A stretch of DNA of 64,000 nt from Octopus vulgaris (GCA_951406725.2 OX597827.1:66402001-66466000), one strand, 5' to 3'. Shown: positions 40,021 to 54,596, counted from the first letter of the stretch. Notes: generated by a model from the letters alone, not told the origin. Numbers and translations: made by a program.

Positions 40021-40655
40021 TACATAATCAGCCATATTTTATTGATGCAGACTTAGTAAAGCCTAACCTTTGTCAGGTAAAGTGTAAACACATAAAGAGG
40101 TAAGGTGAGAACAGATAATTACTCTGCACCAACTAATATATTGAACTCAGGTTATTAAAGGATTTAAGAGACATTATCAATTAGAGATAATTAATTATTA
40201 TAACCATTTGTAGGTATTATAACACTTCTTCCACTTTCGTCGCACAGACAAACATATTCACACATATATACGATTGTATCTAAGTGTTTATGAATTTGTA
40301 CATCTGTGTGTGTTTGTTTGTGCTCGTGTGTGTGTGCGTACGTGTAAGTGTGCGTGCGTGTCAGTGTTTGTGTGTGTACGTGTAAGTGTGCGTGCGTGTC
40401 TGTATGTATGTGTGTGTGTGTTTAGGTATATGAATTAGAAATCACCTATTGTCATCTATATACAAATTGCTCCTGGTCGATTGTAAGTGCAGAAAAATTC
40501 CTTTAGCTGGCTGAATCGGTGGCATTCTGGACCAAACGTTTATCGGTATTTCTTCAGGGTTTACGTTACCCCGGTCATCTTTGAATTTAATTCTTTAGTG
40601 GTCGCTAAAATAACTACCAGCTGATCACTGGGGGATGATTTTATCGACTAACATG

Positions 40656-40715
<60 letters not shown>

Positions 40716-41517
40716 AATATATAAGAGATAATGGTGTCATGGAGACCCATATATGTGTATATATACATATATATATATATGTGTGTGTGTGAGTGTGTGT
40801 GTGTGTGTGTGTGTTTGTGTGTGTGTGTAAGAATTAAGATCCTAACAGCAACGTTTAGGAAGGTTAGTGAGTTTCAAGCAGACATTAGAAGATTTAAAAA
40901 AGTATATGTTCAGAGACAATGGTAGTTTATTAGCATTCAAAATTTTTATTTTATTTTATAATTCACGGTTAGGAACTGGGGTTGATCTATATGCGAATAA
41001 ATATCCCAAAATTATGGGATGGAGAAAATATCCAGCAGAACTTCAGAATTAGTAACTATAGAAACGAGGAGTTCACGGCAAGAATTCCTTGGTTATACTA
41101 AGTTTGCTTAAAATCGCGGGGATTGGATTAAAAAGCCCCCGAAAGCAGATTTTGAGCGGAAATCATTTATGAAGTAAAAAAGTTTGGTAACTATTACTTC
41201 CGAGGTTCTGCTAGTTATGAATCATATGATGTAACATGGATTCTATGTACTCCAGTCCATAATATTTGCATATATATATATATATATATGGCAGAGCTAG
41301 GGTTTGGAGAAATAGTGGTGAACGTCATGCCGTCACCTGTGTGGTGAAGAGAGACTCATATGGAGAGGACTTGTGTTGGCTGAGAAATTGCGCTAATCAG
41401 GGTCATACTACTTTTGAAGAAAGGGTAGCAAATTCCGCTACTTAGGGTGAACTAAGCACATGCTTTATCAAAGCTGTCAAACTCTCTCTCTCCCTCTACC
41501 CCCACACATACAGATAG

Positions 41518-41573
<56 letters not shown>

Positions 41574-41810
41574 GCACACACAAATGTAAAATGGATTCGC
41601 AAGTATACCGTTATTTTTCTATTCATTTATTCGTTTCAGTCATGTGACTGCGGCCATGCTAAAGCACCACTTTGAGGGACTTTAGTAAATCGAATCTACC
41701 CCAGGACTTGCGTGTTTTAAGCCTAGTAATTATCCTATCAATCTCTTGGTTGGAAACGCAAGTTTCTTACAGCACAGCCGACGCGTGTGCCAATAGATAA
41801 TGTGGCACAC

Positions 41811-42184
41811 AGTCGGCTGCGACGACGTGGTTTCCTGTTGATCCGATCAACTAAACAGCCTGCCGGTGAAATTAACGTGCAAGTGGCTGAGCACTCCACA
41901 GACATGTGAACCCTTAATACACTTCTCGGTGAGATGCGGCGTGACACTGAGTGTGAGAAGGCTGGCCCCTTGTAATACAGGTACAACAAAAACAGGAAGA
42001 AAGAGTGAAAGAAAGTTGTGGTGAAGGATTACAGCAGGGTTCGCCACCCCACCCTACCAGATCCTCGTGGAGCTGCCGGTGTTTTCGTTCAAAAAACACT
42101 CACAACGCCCGGTCTGGGAATCGAAACCGCGATCCTACGACCGCGAGTCCGCTGCCTTAACCACTACACCATTGCGCTTCCACA
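41811..42184 (-). mobile_element. SINE family A, full length
   Basis: Reverse complement of 48339-48722. Confidence 0.9.
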
Positions 42185-44239
42185 CCTAGAGATATACACT
42201 TCGATAAATATAGGTAAAGAAATGAAAGTTTACTCCCTATTATTTTACTCGTTTCAGTCACTTGACTGGGGCCATGCTAGAGCACCGTCTTTTATTCATA
42301 AATATATGCAATGTATTTATGCACGGCATATATAGGAGTGCATACAAATGAATATGCTTCTGTGTGAGTATATTAATAATTTAGTGCACATTTCTGTACA
42401 TTTACGCAAACACGCTTTATTCCTCACTATGATTTATAAACAACAACATGTAGGTACATAGACAACTATATATATTATGTCTTCAATATACGGATATAGG
42501 AGTGGGTACCATTTTGAATATTGATATTATTTGTATTCACCGTGAATATGGATATTATGTCGCCAATATAATTGTGGATGAATTCAGAGCTCGGTCGAAA
42601 TGTGTTACGTATGCATATATGCGTTATATACGTGCGCATTGTGTATGTATATTCATAAAATGTTCGTAAATACATTTAAAGATAGAATTACATACATATA
42701 TACTCATTTACACATATATTGTTTGTATTTAGGTTGTGTATACGTATGTGTGTGTACTTTTTATGTATTTCTTTTCCAAGATATTTGATGTGGAATTGTA
42801 TGTTCAAACAGATACAATATTCATATACATACACATACACATACACAGACACACACACACATATATATATACATACATATATATACCGTTATGTGTGAAT
42901 ATATATATATTTATATATATATAAATGTACCAATAAATATGAATATATACATATACTTGCACACACACGTACACACACTCAAAGGCACACGCACACATAC
43001 ACACATACACACACATATGTGCATAGTATCCGTTTGTGCATTGGAAAACCTTTCAATGTTGGTGTTCGATTTAAATGTGTATGTAGATCTACACGATGGC
43101 TCGCAACTTTACACGTACGAATATTAGGTTGTTTTAGTTTGCGTAAATGTAAATTAATATTCATTTTGCCTTCTTACAAACCATGTCATGATTTAAATTA
43201 CATTTAATTACAATTTTCATTTCACCTACTTATTTTTTCGACAGCATTTTGATTTGGCTAATGGCCTCAATTTAAATTTTGTGTCAGTGTTGAGTAACTT
43301 GGCGTAGAAGAACGAATTTTTAAATATAACATATTATGCATGTTCGCTTGCCGTAATTTCTGTTTCCCTTATAGGAAAACTATAAAACTGAAGAAAACAC
43401 ATGCCGTGTGTTACGCCCGCATATACGTGCATACATATAATTCAGAGGAAATCAGTCACATGCGTAGTCATACACTAAGACTTTCAATTACACAGTAACA
43501 ACGCAACACGCATATAGCAATACACCAATATATATATACATATAAGTGTATGTGTGTTGGGAGGCGTTCCTGTACATGTGTGTGTTCCTGCTTGATATAA
43601 TACTCATATATATATATATATGTATGTACAGACGAAAGTGTATATATGTAGATATCTATGCATGTATATATTTACGTATTCATTGGTAATGTATGTATCC
43701 TCAAGTGACAGAAATCTACGTTGCTAAAAATACAAAGCCACATTTTCTTCTTCAAATCTCCACTGTTCAAAATGACACGAATTATTATTTTACGAAGATG
43801 ACTGAAATTTAATGATACTCTTCGATTTCGCGTTCAAGCTCGATGTACTTTTAGTGAATTTTAACTAGAAGTTATAAGGAAACCATACAGAATACGCTTA
43901 TATGCATGATGGTTCTTTTCCATTGATTAGCCACTATATCTCCAACTAGCTGTGTAATGTACTATATGATGTATATAAAATTGACTAATATGTAGTTAAT
44001 AAACATTAATTGCTAGTTTGCCTTACTTAAATTCTGTGGATGCCCTGTGAATTATTTTAGCACCAGATCAGATACGTTTGTGAATTTGTGAAGCTTTTCA
44101 TAGTTAAAAGACACGTTCTTATTACAAAATTTCAATCTATACCTTACTAATTACGATAATAATAAAGTCTAAAATTAATTAATTAGTTAATAATTTATAA
44201 TTTTACCAAGTAGTTCGGTATGTTAAAAGAACCATTATC

Positions 44240-44565
44240 GGTAAACTTATACAAAAATTCTATAATTATGAGTATAATTATAATTAGGGTTCATCAAAAT
44301 TTGCTTCACCATATACCGAAATTTAGAAATAACAGTTGAAATACTATTCTACAACCATAAGATATCTCCCAGACAACAACACTCAACAACTCACGCAGGT
44401 AAAGAGAAAAGAAAAAATGAATCCACCCGTAGAGTATTGCTGTCTTATAGTAGTAGAATAGTATTTTAACTGCTATTTCTAAATTTCGGTATGTGGTGAA
44501 GCAAATTTCGCTGACCCCTAATTATAATTATGCTCATAATTATAGAATGTTTGTATAGGTTTACC
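44240..44565. repeat. Inverted repeat with ~123 bp arms and 80 bp spacer
   Basis: 44240-44362 is complementary to 44443-44565 (e.g. ataccgaaatttagaaata / tatttctaaatttcggtat). Confidence 0.92.
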
Positions 44566-44822
44566 TTACTTATTACGTGTAGAAGAGGTTCTTGGAGTGA
44601 TTTTGCATTCATTGGGAATGTCTAGCAAACAACTTGCACATGCAAGTGCTACCAGTTAAAAGCTCCGTATATCGGAAGCTAGCAAGTGTATGGGGTCATC
44701 AGGAGAGAATGCGCGCCGTTTCGGGGCCTACCTCTCGACGGCATCAATGCGCACCGCCTCCCCCTCACTGATATGAGGCCCCGCTTGCTAGTTATGAAGA
44801 ACTCAATATACTTCTAGCCATC

Positions 44823-44880
44823 GCTAGTCACTGGATTTGGTTAAAAAGAAGTCTCTTTTTAACCAAATCCAGTGGCTAGC
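44823..44880. other. 58 nt near-perfect hairpin (27 bp stem, 4 nt loop)
   Basis: gctagtcactggatttggttaaaaaga-agtc-tctttttaaccaaatccagtggctagc, with one T-G wobble. Confidence 0.95.
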
Positions 44881-45540
44881 CTTCTCCACTGTAGATTGGT
44901 AATGATGGTAAAACCATTAATAATTATCTTCTCGTGCTTGTGCTACATTGCTAATATGCATATCGAAACAAGCACTGCTTGTGAATTGTAGTACCAATCT
45001 AAAATATAATTATTGATCTTTGTTTAATTGCAGTATCCTCGAAAAATCTCACTCAACCAATTTGTACGGCATAGATTTGTTGGTAACGGAGATTTCTAAA
45101 TCAAGTTGCGACCAATTTTTGCTTTGTATTTTTTTGCTTCCTTTAAAAAATCTGTTTTATTTCTATGTGTTCCAGAAACTGCTGCACTTCTGGCCGGAAA
45201 TTTCAAAAATGATAATTCTTTAGGAGAAACTTCTGAGAAACATCATTACTGCCTTGATCTCCTACCACTAGCTTTTAGAAACACTAATAGATTTGGAGTA
45301 TAGATACGTTTACGAAAGGAGATGTGAAAGAAAGGATAAATATCGGCAGGTAACTGAATGAAGGCAATTTCTGATTGGGAAGCAATTATCTTTAATGAAC
45401 TGTAATATGCCTTATTGTTGCAGAGAGAGAACAAAATGATAATGGTAAATGTATATGTCACTTTAAAAGATATAATAAATCACCAGATATATTAAAGAAA
45501 TTACACATTGAATGTAATAGAATTTTGTTAGTTTCATTAA

Positions 45541-46155
45541 AGGCGGCGTGCAGGCAGAAACGTTAGCACGCCGGGCTAAATGCTTAGCAGCATTTCGTCT
45601 GTCGCTACGTTCTGAGTTCAAATTCCGCCGAGGTCGACTTTGCCTTTCATCCTTTCGGGGTCGATTAAATAAGTAGCAGTTACGCACTGTGGTCGATATA
45701 ATCGACTTAATCCATTTGTCTGTCCTTGTTTGTCCCTTCTGTGTTTAGCCCCTTGTGGATAGTAAAGAAATCGGTATTCCGTCTGTCGCTACATTCTGAG
45801 TTCAAATTCCGCCGAGGTCGACTTTGCCTTTCATCTTTTTGCGGTGAGACACTGGGGTCGATGTAATCGACTGGTCCCCTCCCACAAAATGGCTTCCCTT
45901 GAGGAAAAATTTGAAACTATTATTTATATATAATTAAGATGGTCAGGTGTTTATCTGCATACTTCAGCTGGCAGAATCATTATCGTGCGGGACAAAATGA
46001 TTCACGTGATTTCATTTGTCTTCACGTTCTGAGTTCAAATCCATCGATTTCGACTTTACGTTCCATCCTTTCAAGGTCGATGATATAAATATTAGTGGTG
46101 AATATAATCGACTAGTCTTTCTCCCAAAATTTCAGGCGTGTTCCTAGAAAATGAT
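45541..46155 (+). mobile_element. Cluster of SINE family B copies (dimer 45541-45920 plus older copy 45963-46155)
   Basis: The core ttctgagttcaaattccgccgaggtcgactttgcctttcatc occurs three times, the third copy degenerate. Confidence 0.88.
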
Positions 46156-46163
46156 TATTTAGG

Positions 46164-46506
46164 TTTACTGGTTCGCCTTGTGTAAAGGCAAACTTTGAAC
46201 ATGGAAGTTCGCCATTTGAAATATTCCCCGAGTTTTTGACGGATGAAATATTCAATATATAGCGGACGAAACGAATGGCTATGCTGAAAACCATTCCCAC
46301 CATGTCAAGGCGATGCAGGGCATGACGGTGATTGGTTTTCAACCACAGAGGACGACAAAATCAAAGTTCTGTTTGCCCTGCTGATACTGATAGACATCGT
46401 GAAGAAACCGACTCCATCATATTGGAACTTCTAAAAAGCCACGTCGACACTTTTCGAATCTTTACCTTTTGACCGGCAGATTTAGAAACCGTTGTTATGG
46501 GGTTAA
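46164..46506 (+). mobile_element. piggyBac transposase remnant with right terminus
   Basis: Manual translation SPFEIFPEFLTDEIFN / IADETNGYAE / WFSTTEDDKIKVLFALLILIDIVKKPTPSYW resembles the piggyBac N-terminal region (ETNRYA; LLILMGIVKKP..SYW). Ends GGG|TTAA at 46500-46506. Confidence 0.75.
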
Positions 46507-47784
46507 AAAGTAGAATGAGATGAAAGGTAATCTATTTCTTGGAACACGATTTCTCAAAGCCTAAAACAAGATAGGTGTAGTTTGAATGCATTTCTTCTTA
46601 AATATTTTTTAGTCTGGGCTAACGTCGTTTTACAAATAACGATGACAACATTCGCTGCACTAGCAATACCGCAAACAATAAAAACATCAGAAAAAATACA
46701 CGAATAAGGAAAGCAACGTGGGTGAATTGATAAGATCGATGGAGCGTTGAGCATATTGCTTCACACAATGTTTGTACTGCTGCAGTCTTAGATCAAATAT
46801 CTCCAGGGTTCACTTTACCAATGTCGGTAGCTGATTATCGGAACTATACGTATGTTAAACATATCTGTTAAAATTGAGTCCAAATCCCTTTCAAATTACA
46901 CATCTCAATTTAAAAATGAGCACAGAAAAATACATTGTAAAATAAACACAGTCTTGAATGCGTTGAATAAAGTGGAAGTTCCTTGTTAGAGCTTTCTTCC
47001 ATAATCGATCAGTACAGTTGGGGTTGGCCGGCAGCAAAATAAGGTCAACATCAAGATAAAAGTTATCAATAACAGGAAGAAATTGCTACTAATAATGGCC
47101 ATATTTCTTTTAGATCACACTGCGCTGCTTTAAAAGGGAAAAGAACAAGCATTATATTATATTATATTATATTATACTGCGCGCGAGATTGACGATAAAA
47201 ACGAAGAGGCGTTTATGATCGCTAAGTCTTTGATCTTAGTCCTTCTTGAACGAGGCGGTCCTGAAGCGCAACACCAACTGAAGCTACAACAATAACAGCA
47301 ACAAAGGCAACAACAACAAAAGCGACAACAAAAATACCAGTCGCAATACCACCACCACCACCACCACCGCCAACACCACCTAATCATCAACATCAATAAC
47401 ATCAATTTTAAATACAATGGCTTCAATGACATGTGGACGGTGAATATAATTTTCCTCGTTTTCCTTTCATATTTAAATTTCACGTTAATTGTAGAACCAC
47501 GCCGCTATTAGCATATAATTGAGTATGTTAAATACGGAGTGTAGATCACAAGATATAATTAATAACAGACTACTTTATCACGCTTCTTTAGTTCTGATGG
47601 GTGCTTCGGTTGATGTAACCTTACTCTTAAATTCAACTAATTTGCCGCTTATATTAACAACCGATCAAAGAAAAGATCTGGTCATTATGTGCAGACATTC
47701 GTTTTGATAATGAGTAAACACTATGACATAAGATAGATAACTTTATGTATACATGTTAGCCTATTTGATGGTGACTTACTCTGC

Positions 47785-47940
47785 ACGCATGGCTGCCTAA
47801 TAAGTAGCTTGCTTAACAACCACATGATTCTGGGTAGAGTCCCATACCGTGGCACTCTGGGCAAGTGTCTTCTACTATAGCCTTGGGCCGACCAAAGCCT
47901 TGTGAGGATGTTTGACGGAAACTGAAAGAAGTTCGTTATG
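47785..47940 (+). mobile_element. SINE family C 5' half
   Basis: taagtagcttgcttaacaaccacatg...ggccgaccaaagccttgtgag...gacggaaactgaaagaag. Confidence 0.8.
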
Positions 47941-47988
47941 TATATATACTACTACTACTGCTACTACTACTACTACTACTACTACTAC

Positions 47989-48071
<83 letters not shown>

Positions 48072-48338
48072 TTAAGAATTTAGTAAAATATGTTGGTAAT
48101 CATTAAGCAAGTGTTAGGAATATAAATTGTGACTAAGGTTTGGTGGAAGATTTATTTCAGAAAATTCAAAAACGAGGCAATTGTATTGTACTCAGAGCCA
48201 CGGCCAGTTTCATCCGGGTTAATAACGAAAGGGTTATAGGTCACCAGGCCTTGTGAGAAAATGTGATTATTTACAAATATGTTGATAGGTATACGATGGA
48301 AAAAAAAGAAAGAAAAAAGAAAATTGCTTTCTAATGAA

Positions 48339-48722
48339 TGTGGAGGTGCAATGGCCCAGTGGTTAGGGCAGCGGACTCGCGATCATAGGATCGCGGTTTC
48401 GATTCCCAGACCGGGCGTTGTGAGTGTTTATTGAGCGAAAACACCTAAAGCTCCACGAGGCTCCGGCAGGGATGGTGGTGATCCCTGCTGTACTCTTTCA
48501 CCACAACTTTCTCTCACTTTTACTTCCTGTGTCTGCTGTACCTGTATTTCAAAGGGCCGCCTTGTCACTCTCTGTGTCACGCTGAATATCCCCGAGAACT
48601 ACGTTAAGGGTACACGTGTCTGTGGAGTGCTCAGCCACTTACACGTTAATTTCACGAGCAGGCTGTTCCGTTGATTCGGATCAACCGAAACCCTCGTCGT
48701 CGTAACCGACGGAGTGCTTCCA
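48339..48722 (+). mobile_element. tRNA-derived SINE family A, full length
   Basis: A box tggcccagtggttagggca, anticodon-like ctcgcg, B-box-like gtttcgattccc. Several further copies lie in the window. Confidence 0.93.
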
Positions 48723-48745
48723 TATTCCATATGTATATATGTATA

Positions 48746-48813
<68 letters not shown>

Positions 48814-49874
48814 TGTACGCATGAGCATACAATCTTTTACGTTTCCAGCCAATATAAACGTTCTCTGAAATAGCAGAACACGAGCAGCCAATTTAATAAT
48901 GCTTAAAAACGAAATCCTTGTCGTAGCTTCATTCTTATTTACCGAGTGAATCAACTTCAATCTCTCTCTCTTCCACGCCTTACCTCCATCTTTCTCTTTC
49001 TAATTCAATCATTTAATTACTATCTAACTCCCTAATTTCTCACTCCACATATCTCCCATTGACATTTGTTTAAAATTACACGCTAAACGGAACGACAAGA
49101 TATTCTGTTCGATGTAATCTCTCCAATGATGAAAGATGTCTTTGCGAATTATCCGTTAAGAGACTGACTGTCAACCTACTTACTTGCCTACTTTTGCTAA
49201 TCAATTTTCTCCATAGGTTGCTTAAAAGCGATGCTGATTGAAATATCGCCAATTCAAAATCAACATGTTATATTGTGTGTGAAATGGCGTTATTTAAACA
49301 TCATACACAGATGTTTACTAAGCTAATTCAATAAAATGTATTCATTTTAACGTCAGCGAACGATTTCAACCGAGTTTAAGTCATGTACAGGGAAGCTTCA
49401 GTCATAGTTGACCTAATCTACACGTTTCTAACGCCTTATTATTGATTCTCCAACTACTAAAGTTACACCGTTTCGCAGATACAAACAATGATGGTGATAA
49501 GAGCCGCTTTCAACTTGCTGCAATTAGGTGCTGAGTGAATAATATTCTCATCAGTGTAAATAGCAGAAACACGCGAATCGTGCGGTACGCTCACATTCAA
49601 TCCAGTTTTTCGAACGGTATTAGGGGAAAACGTTTTGCCAACATTACATATAAGTGAAGAGAATACATAAATAATCACAAACACTAACACACATATAAAT
49701 ACATTTACCCATATATAAACATACTCACGCAAAAGTGTTGAAATTTACAGTTGTGTACACAGACGAATATATGGACTAAGATACAAGGACACACAAACAC
49801 CCCTACACACACAAATATAGGTCAAATGCTTAAAATGTCGCGTACTTATTGACCTCAAATATCGACCTCAACTC

Positions 49875-50222
49875 TTTAAATCCTTAAAAATGTTTCAGCC
49901 CGAAAGTTGCGGCCATGCTGGGGCACCACCGTTGAATGAGCTACACTAGTATGTGAAACCACATCTGATGCGTGGCACTTGTTCAACTAGGGAGTTCGAC
50001 GCCGCTGCCCGCATCTGTGTTTCCTGCTGAGAGGTAGGTTCATCTGAGACCCCTGACAAGAAGAGATCCAGTTTAATTTTAAAGAAACCCACATCCACAC
50101 CATGCAGGTTTTGAGGCATTTAGGAAGGAGATTGAAGAGCTGTGGTCCCCTAAAACCCAAGCTGTTGCAGCATCTGGTCCTGTATTTTGATGGTGATGTC
50201 GGGATCTTTGGCACCAGGAAGT
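49875..50222 (-). mobile_element. CR1/L2-group LINE 3' end
   Basis: YRTRCCNSLGFRGPQLFNLLPKCL is homologous to the 14349 ORF end (FSSTGPALFNIVPKEI). The 3' UTR ends aacggtggtgccccagcatggccgcaactttcgggctgaaaca. Confidence 0.85.
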
Positions 50223-50950
50223 AAAGACGGACGAAATGCCGACATGCGCTTTGCCCGGCGTACAAACGTACGGAGAAAGAAACGTCTGCAATTCATAGCT
50301 AGGTAACAAACATAGGATATAGTCATTTCATTCTGTATTGTAAACATAGGCCGGTAATAAAATATAAGTAATAAAATATATATTATGATTCTGTCCATCT
50401 GAATATAAAATATAATGAATTGAAAAAAATACTGTGGAAAAATAGGGAAACTTCAGCATTGTAGAAGAATATATATGAACGAAATATTCAATGCAAATTT
50501 ACGATTCGTATGTAATCACACATTTTTGTATTCATATTTAACAATGTAAGCACGTGTTTGAATGAAAGTATCAGTAATGGGTGATGTGGAAGCTTGTGCA
50601 AAAATGCTACCATAAGTATAATGATAAACACACACATACAAACACACTAACACACGCGCACACATGTATACACATAGACGTGCGTATATCCGCGTGGGTG
50701 TCTATATTTGTGTGTATGTATATATTTATGTACTTATACATACATGTATATCTACTTAAGTATATTTACGCGCGCACACACCCTCACATACAAACACACA
50801 TGTATATACGCACCCACACATAAGCAGGACGTATATACTATGTGTGTATTTATTTATTAATATACATATATATCTATTTATGTATATTTGCACCCCACCA
50901 CATATACAATATATTACAGAATAGATACAAAATTAGATAGATAGATAGAG

Positions 50951-51031
<81 letters not shown>

Positions 51032-51085
51032 TGCCCATGCAAATATCCACGTACATATGTATGGCTACAATTATATACATTACGT

Positions 51086-51435
51086 GTGGTTAGGGCATCG
51101 GACTCACAGTCGTAGGATTGCGGGTTCGAATCCCAGACCGGGCGATGTGAGTATTTATTGAGCGAAAATACCTAAAGTTTCACCAGGCTCCGGCAGTGAG
51201 CGGTGGCGAACCCTGCTGTACTCTTTCTCTCAATCTTTCTTCCTGTTTCTGTTGTACCTGTATTTCAAAGGGTCAGCCTTGTCACTGTCTGTGTCACGCC
51301 GAATCTCCCCGAGAACTACGTTAAGAGTACACGTGTCTGTGGAGTGCTCATCCTGTAGAACGTTAATTTCCCGAGCAGGCTGTACCGCTGATGGAATCAA
51401 ATCGAACCCTCGTCGTCGATACCGACGGAGTTCCA
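51086..51435 (+). mobile_element. SINE family A
   Basis: Canonical B box ggttcgaatccc, body as in 48339. Confidence 0.9.
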
Positions 51436-52468
51436 CGTATACATTATGTAATGTAATATTAATTGTAATTATTGAATATGTAACACTGATGGTTTATGCT
51501 TTACGTAGAATAGAATATAATATGTCTCGGATTTAAAAATAATAATGTTTTTATTGTTTTATGTCCTTGAGTCATTTGACTTCGGCCATGTTGGAGGATA
51601 GCTTTTCAGTCAAAGAAATTGATCCCAGGACTTGTATACTGTAATTCTGTTATTTATTCTTTCGAATTTTTGACGATTCGCTAAGTTACAGAGATCTAAA
51701 ACACACTAACATAGGTTGTCTCTCTGTCTGTCTATCTATCTATCTATCTATCTATCTATGTATCAAACACTCCGCCCCCCATATATATATATACGCAAAC
51801 ATATATTCTAGCCTTAGCTCGAGGGCGGCGGCCACGTTGCGGCAATGTCATCTGCATTGCTAAATTTTCAGTTAAGCTCCTGTGACGGGTGGTATTTGCT
51901 GAATGAGGGGATTTGATGTTGCTGCCCTCATCTGCGATTCTTGCTGGGAGTTAGATTCAACTGGAACACCTGAAAGGAGGAACTTCTGTTTTATGATAAT
52001 GACACTACATCCAAACCATGTACGTCTTTCAGGCTTTTTGAACGGGGTGAAATTGAAGCCCTAGCCGTTGCAATAACTGGTCTTGTATTATGCACATATA
52101 CACCTGTGTGTGTATGTGTGGGTATGAATTAGAGATGCTGTATTGATAATTGCGTACATTTCTGTCTATGCTTGTCTCTGTAGTATCTGTAGCGGGTTAT
52201 GTCAAAATCTGTGAAACAAGATTTCGATAAACAACGATCGATGAAAGGACTACAGGAAAAAGGATTATCTCGTGGATAATTGATCTATCGACATGAAACA
52301 CTACGGTATTCTCCCAAGCTTTGACAGCTCTAGCTGATGAAAAATATGACCTGCTAAATTTGCACATGAAAGAAATCGATATGTAATTTATTTGATTTAT
52401 CAGTAAACATACGATCACACGCATACAAATCATTACATATGCATCTCTACTCCCGTAGATATATGTGA

Positions 52469-52520
<52 letters not shown>

Positions 52521-52549
52521 TGGCATATATGTATACGCCTATATATATA

Positions 52550-52623
<74 letters not shown>

Positions 52624-53013
52624 TATATTGGCATATATGTATACGCATCTATCTATCTTTCTATTTATATATTATGTATATATGTACGTATCAGATACAG
52701 GTCTCGATATGCATGAAGAAATGTAGCTTCCAGCAATCCGATGTAAATATGAAAAAAAAACCGACTTTCAGGGACAAAAGTGGTTTATTGAGATGGAAGA
52801 GTGTGGTATTTTTCGTATCGAAGCACGATAAACTGTATAACAGCCCTTTTTATTTTTCACGGTAGGCGACCAGGGTTTCGGGCTGTGGGAATAAGAATGC
52901 TTCATAAGAAGCGGAACATCAGAAGTGGTAAATATCCAAGCATGGTGTATTGCGGAGGCTACACTTCTGGCGAAGGATATCTTGATTAAATGAAAGTTAA
53001 CACAAGGAAGATT

Positions 53014-53056
<43 letters not shown>

Positions 53057-53074
53057 CATACATACGTACATAAC

Positions 53075-53109
<35 letters not shown>

Positions 53110-53122
53110 ATAATGTACATAA

Positions 53123-53199
<77 letters not shown>

Positions 53200-53200
<1 letters not shown>

Positions 53201-53280
53201 GCTTATTCAGAAGGGTACAGATCCAATCCATCACTGGAACTGTAAATATCTGTAAAACCTTCTTTCCAGAAGTTTACCAT
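53200..53280 (+). mobile_element. Possible RLE non-LTR retrotransposon C-terminal stub after (AAT)n
   Basis: Reads [20 protein letters not shown] directly after a long (AAT)n tract. The match is short. Confidence 0.4.
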
Positions 53281-53339
53281 TTAAATATATATGAGCATAG
53301 AAATCTGCACATACATAAATACATACATGTATGTACATA

Positions 53340-53410
<71 letters not shown>

Positions 53411-53411
53411 C

Positions 53412-53460
<49 letters not shown>

Positions 53461-53832
53461 ATACTTATATATGTATATGCATACATATTGTAGTTAGCGG
53501 ACATTTAATTCATATAACCAATTAGCTGTATTTCAATCTAACGAGTGGCAAAATTTGCCTGCGTTTGTTCTCTTTCCCACATTATCTCTGTCTCCCTGTC
53601 TCCCTCTCTCACAATATAATATATATACATGTACACACATACACACACACACACTCACTCACTTACTCACACACACACGCGCACACACACACATACACAC
53701 ACACACAAACACCCGTACCCCCTTGCACGCACATATATATAACCCGCACTCTGGTTTACATATTTAAACAAATCTTAATATCTACATTTAATAACATGGT
53801 GTTTGTTCTGTTACAACAGTTCAGTTGAAATA

Positions 53833-54041
53833 TACGAGAGGGTTCTGAAATCTTCCTGGCTTTAAGTGTATCGCAAAAGACCTGTATTGGCTCAACTCCC
53901 GAGTTTTATTATTAAAATAACATTTCACAGTGCTTAAACAAACTGTGGGACCGCTGCAATAATTGTGGATCTGTATCATTTAACTGACTGTCCAGTATTT
54001 TCTTTTATTCCAAACTAGTAATATTTCAGCACCCACTCAGA
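53833..54041. mobile_element. Degenerate mariner-type MITE
   Basis: Imperfect TIRs ta-cgagagggttctgaaat and atttcagcacccactc. Confidence 0.55.
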
Positions 54042-54596
54042 ATCCTTCCACTTAATAAAGAAATTCATTAAGAAATTAACAACATATTTTATAATGATTT
54101 AGTTAGAGTTGTTAAGTAAGTAACAAGAATATTTGATGAGAGGTTCAAATACTCTATAACAAGTTTCCACCATGCAACCTGCGCCTGTATCAGGACTGTT
54201 GATATCGAAATAGCTGTTTGATACGTACATCATTTGATCTCCAAGCCATATTTATTGGCTATCTATTTAACCCTTGCAATCGTTAAAACGATATGCATCC
54301 CATAAACGGCACCGTTCTAGATAGCTCTCTTTCATTAGGTTATCATATTACCATTTTCTTGCAGCAGACAAGAAGTAAACAACACATCTTAAAATACGGT
54401 GTCTATGGGAAGTTGTTTGAGTAGTCAGAAGGTGATAGAACCTTCATAAAACGGCCCTTTGAAATAAAATTCATTGAATATCTTGCGTTTCTCTAAGCGA
54501 AGGAGTGCTAGCAAGGAAACAGCAATAGATCTGAGATTGCATATATTTTATTGAAGTGTGTATTTTATAAAGAGATTATTATTATTATTATTATTA

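Noticed and set aside
48339-48415. tRNA-Arg-like sequence
   Set aside because: It is the head of a multi-copy SINE, continues into the SINE body and lacks a proper acceptor stem.
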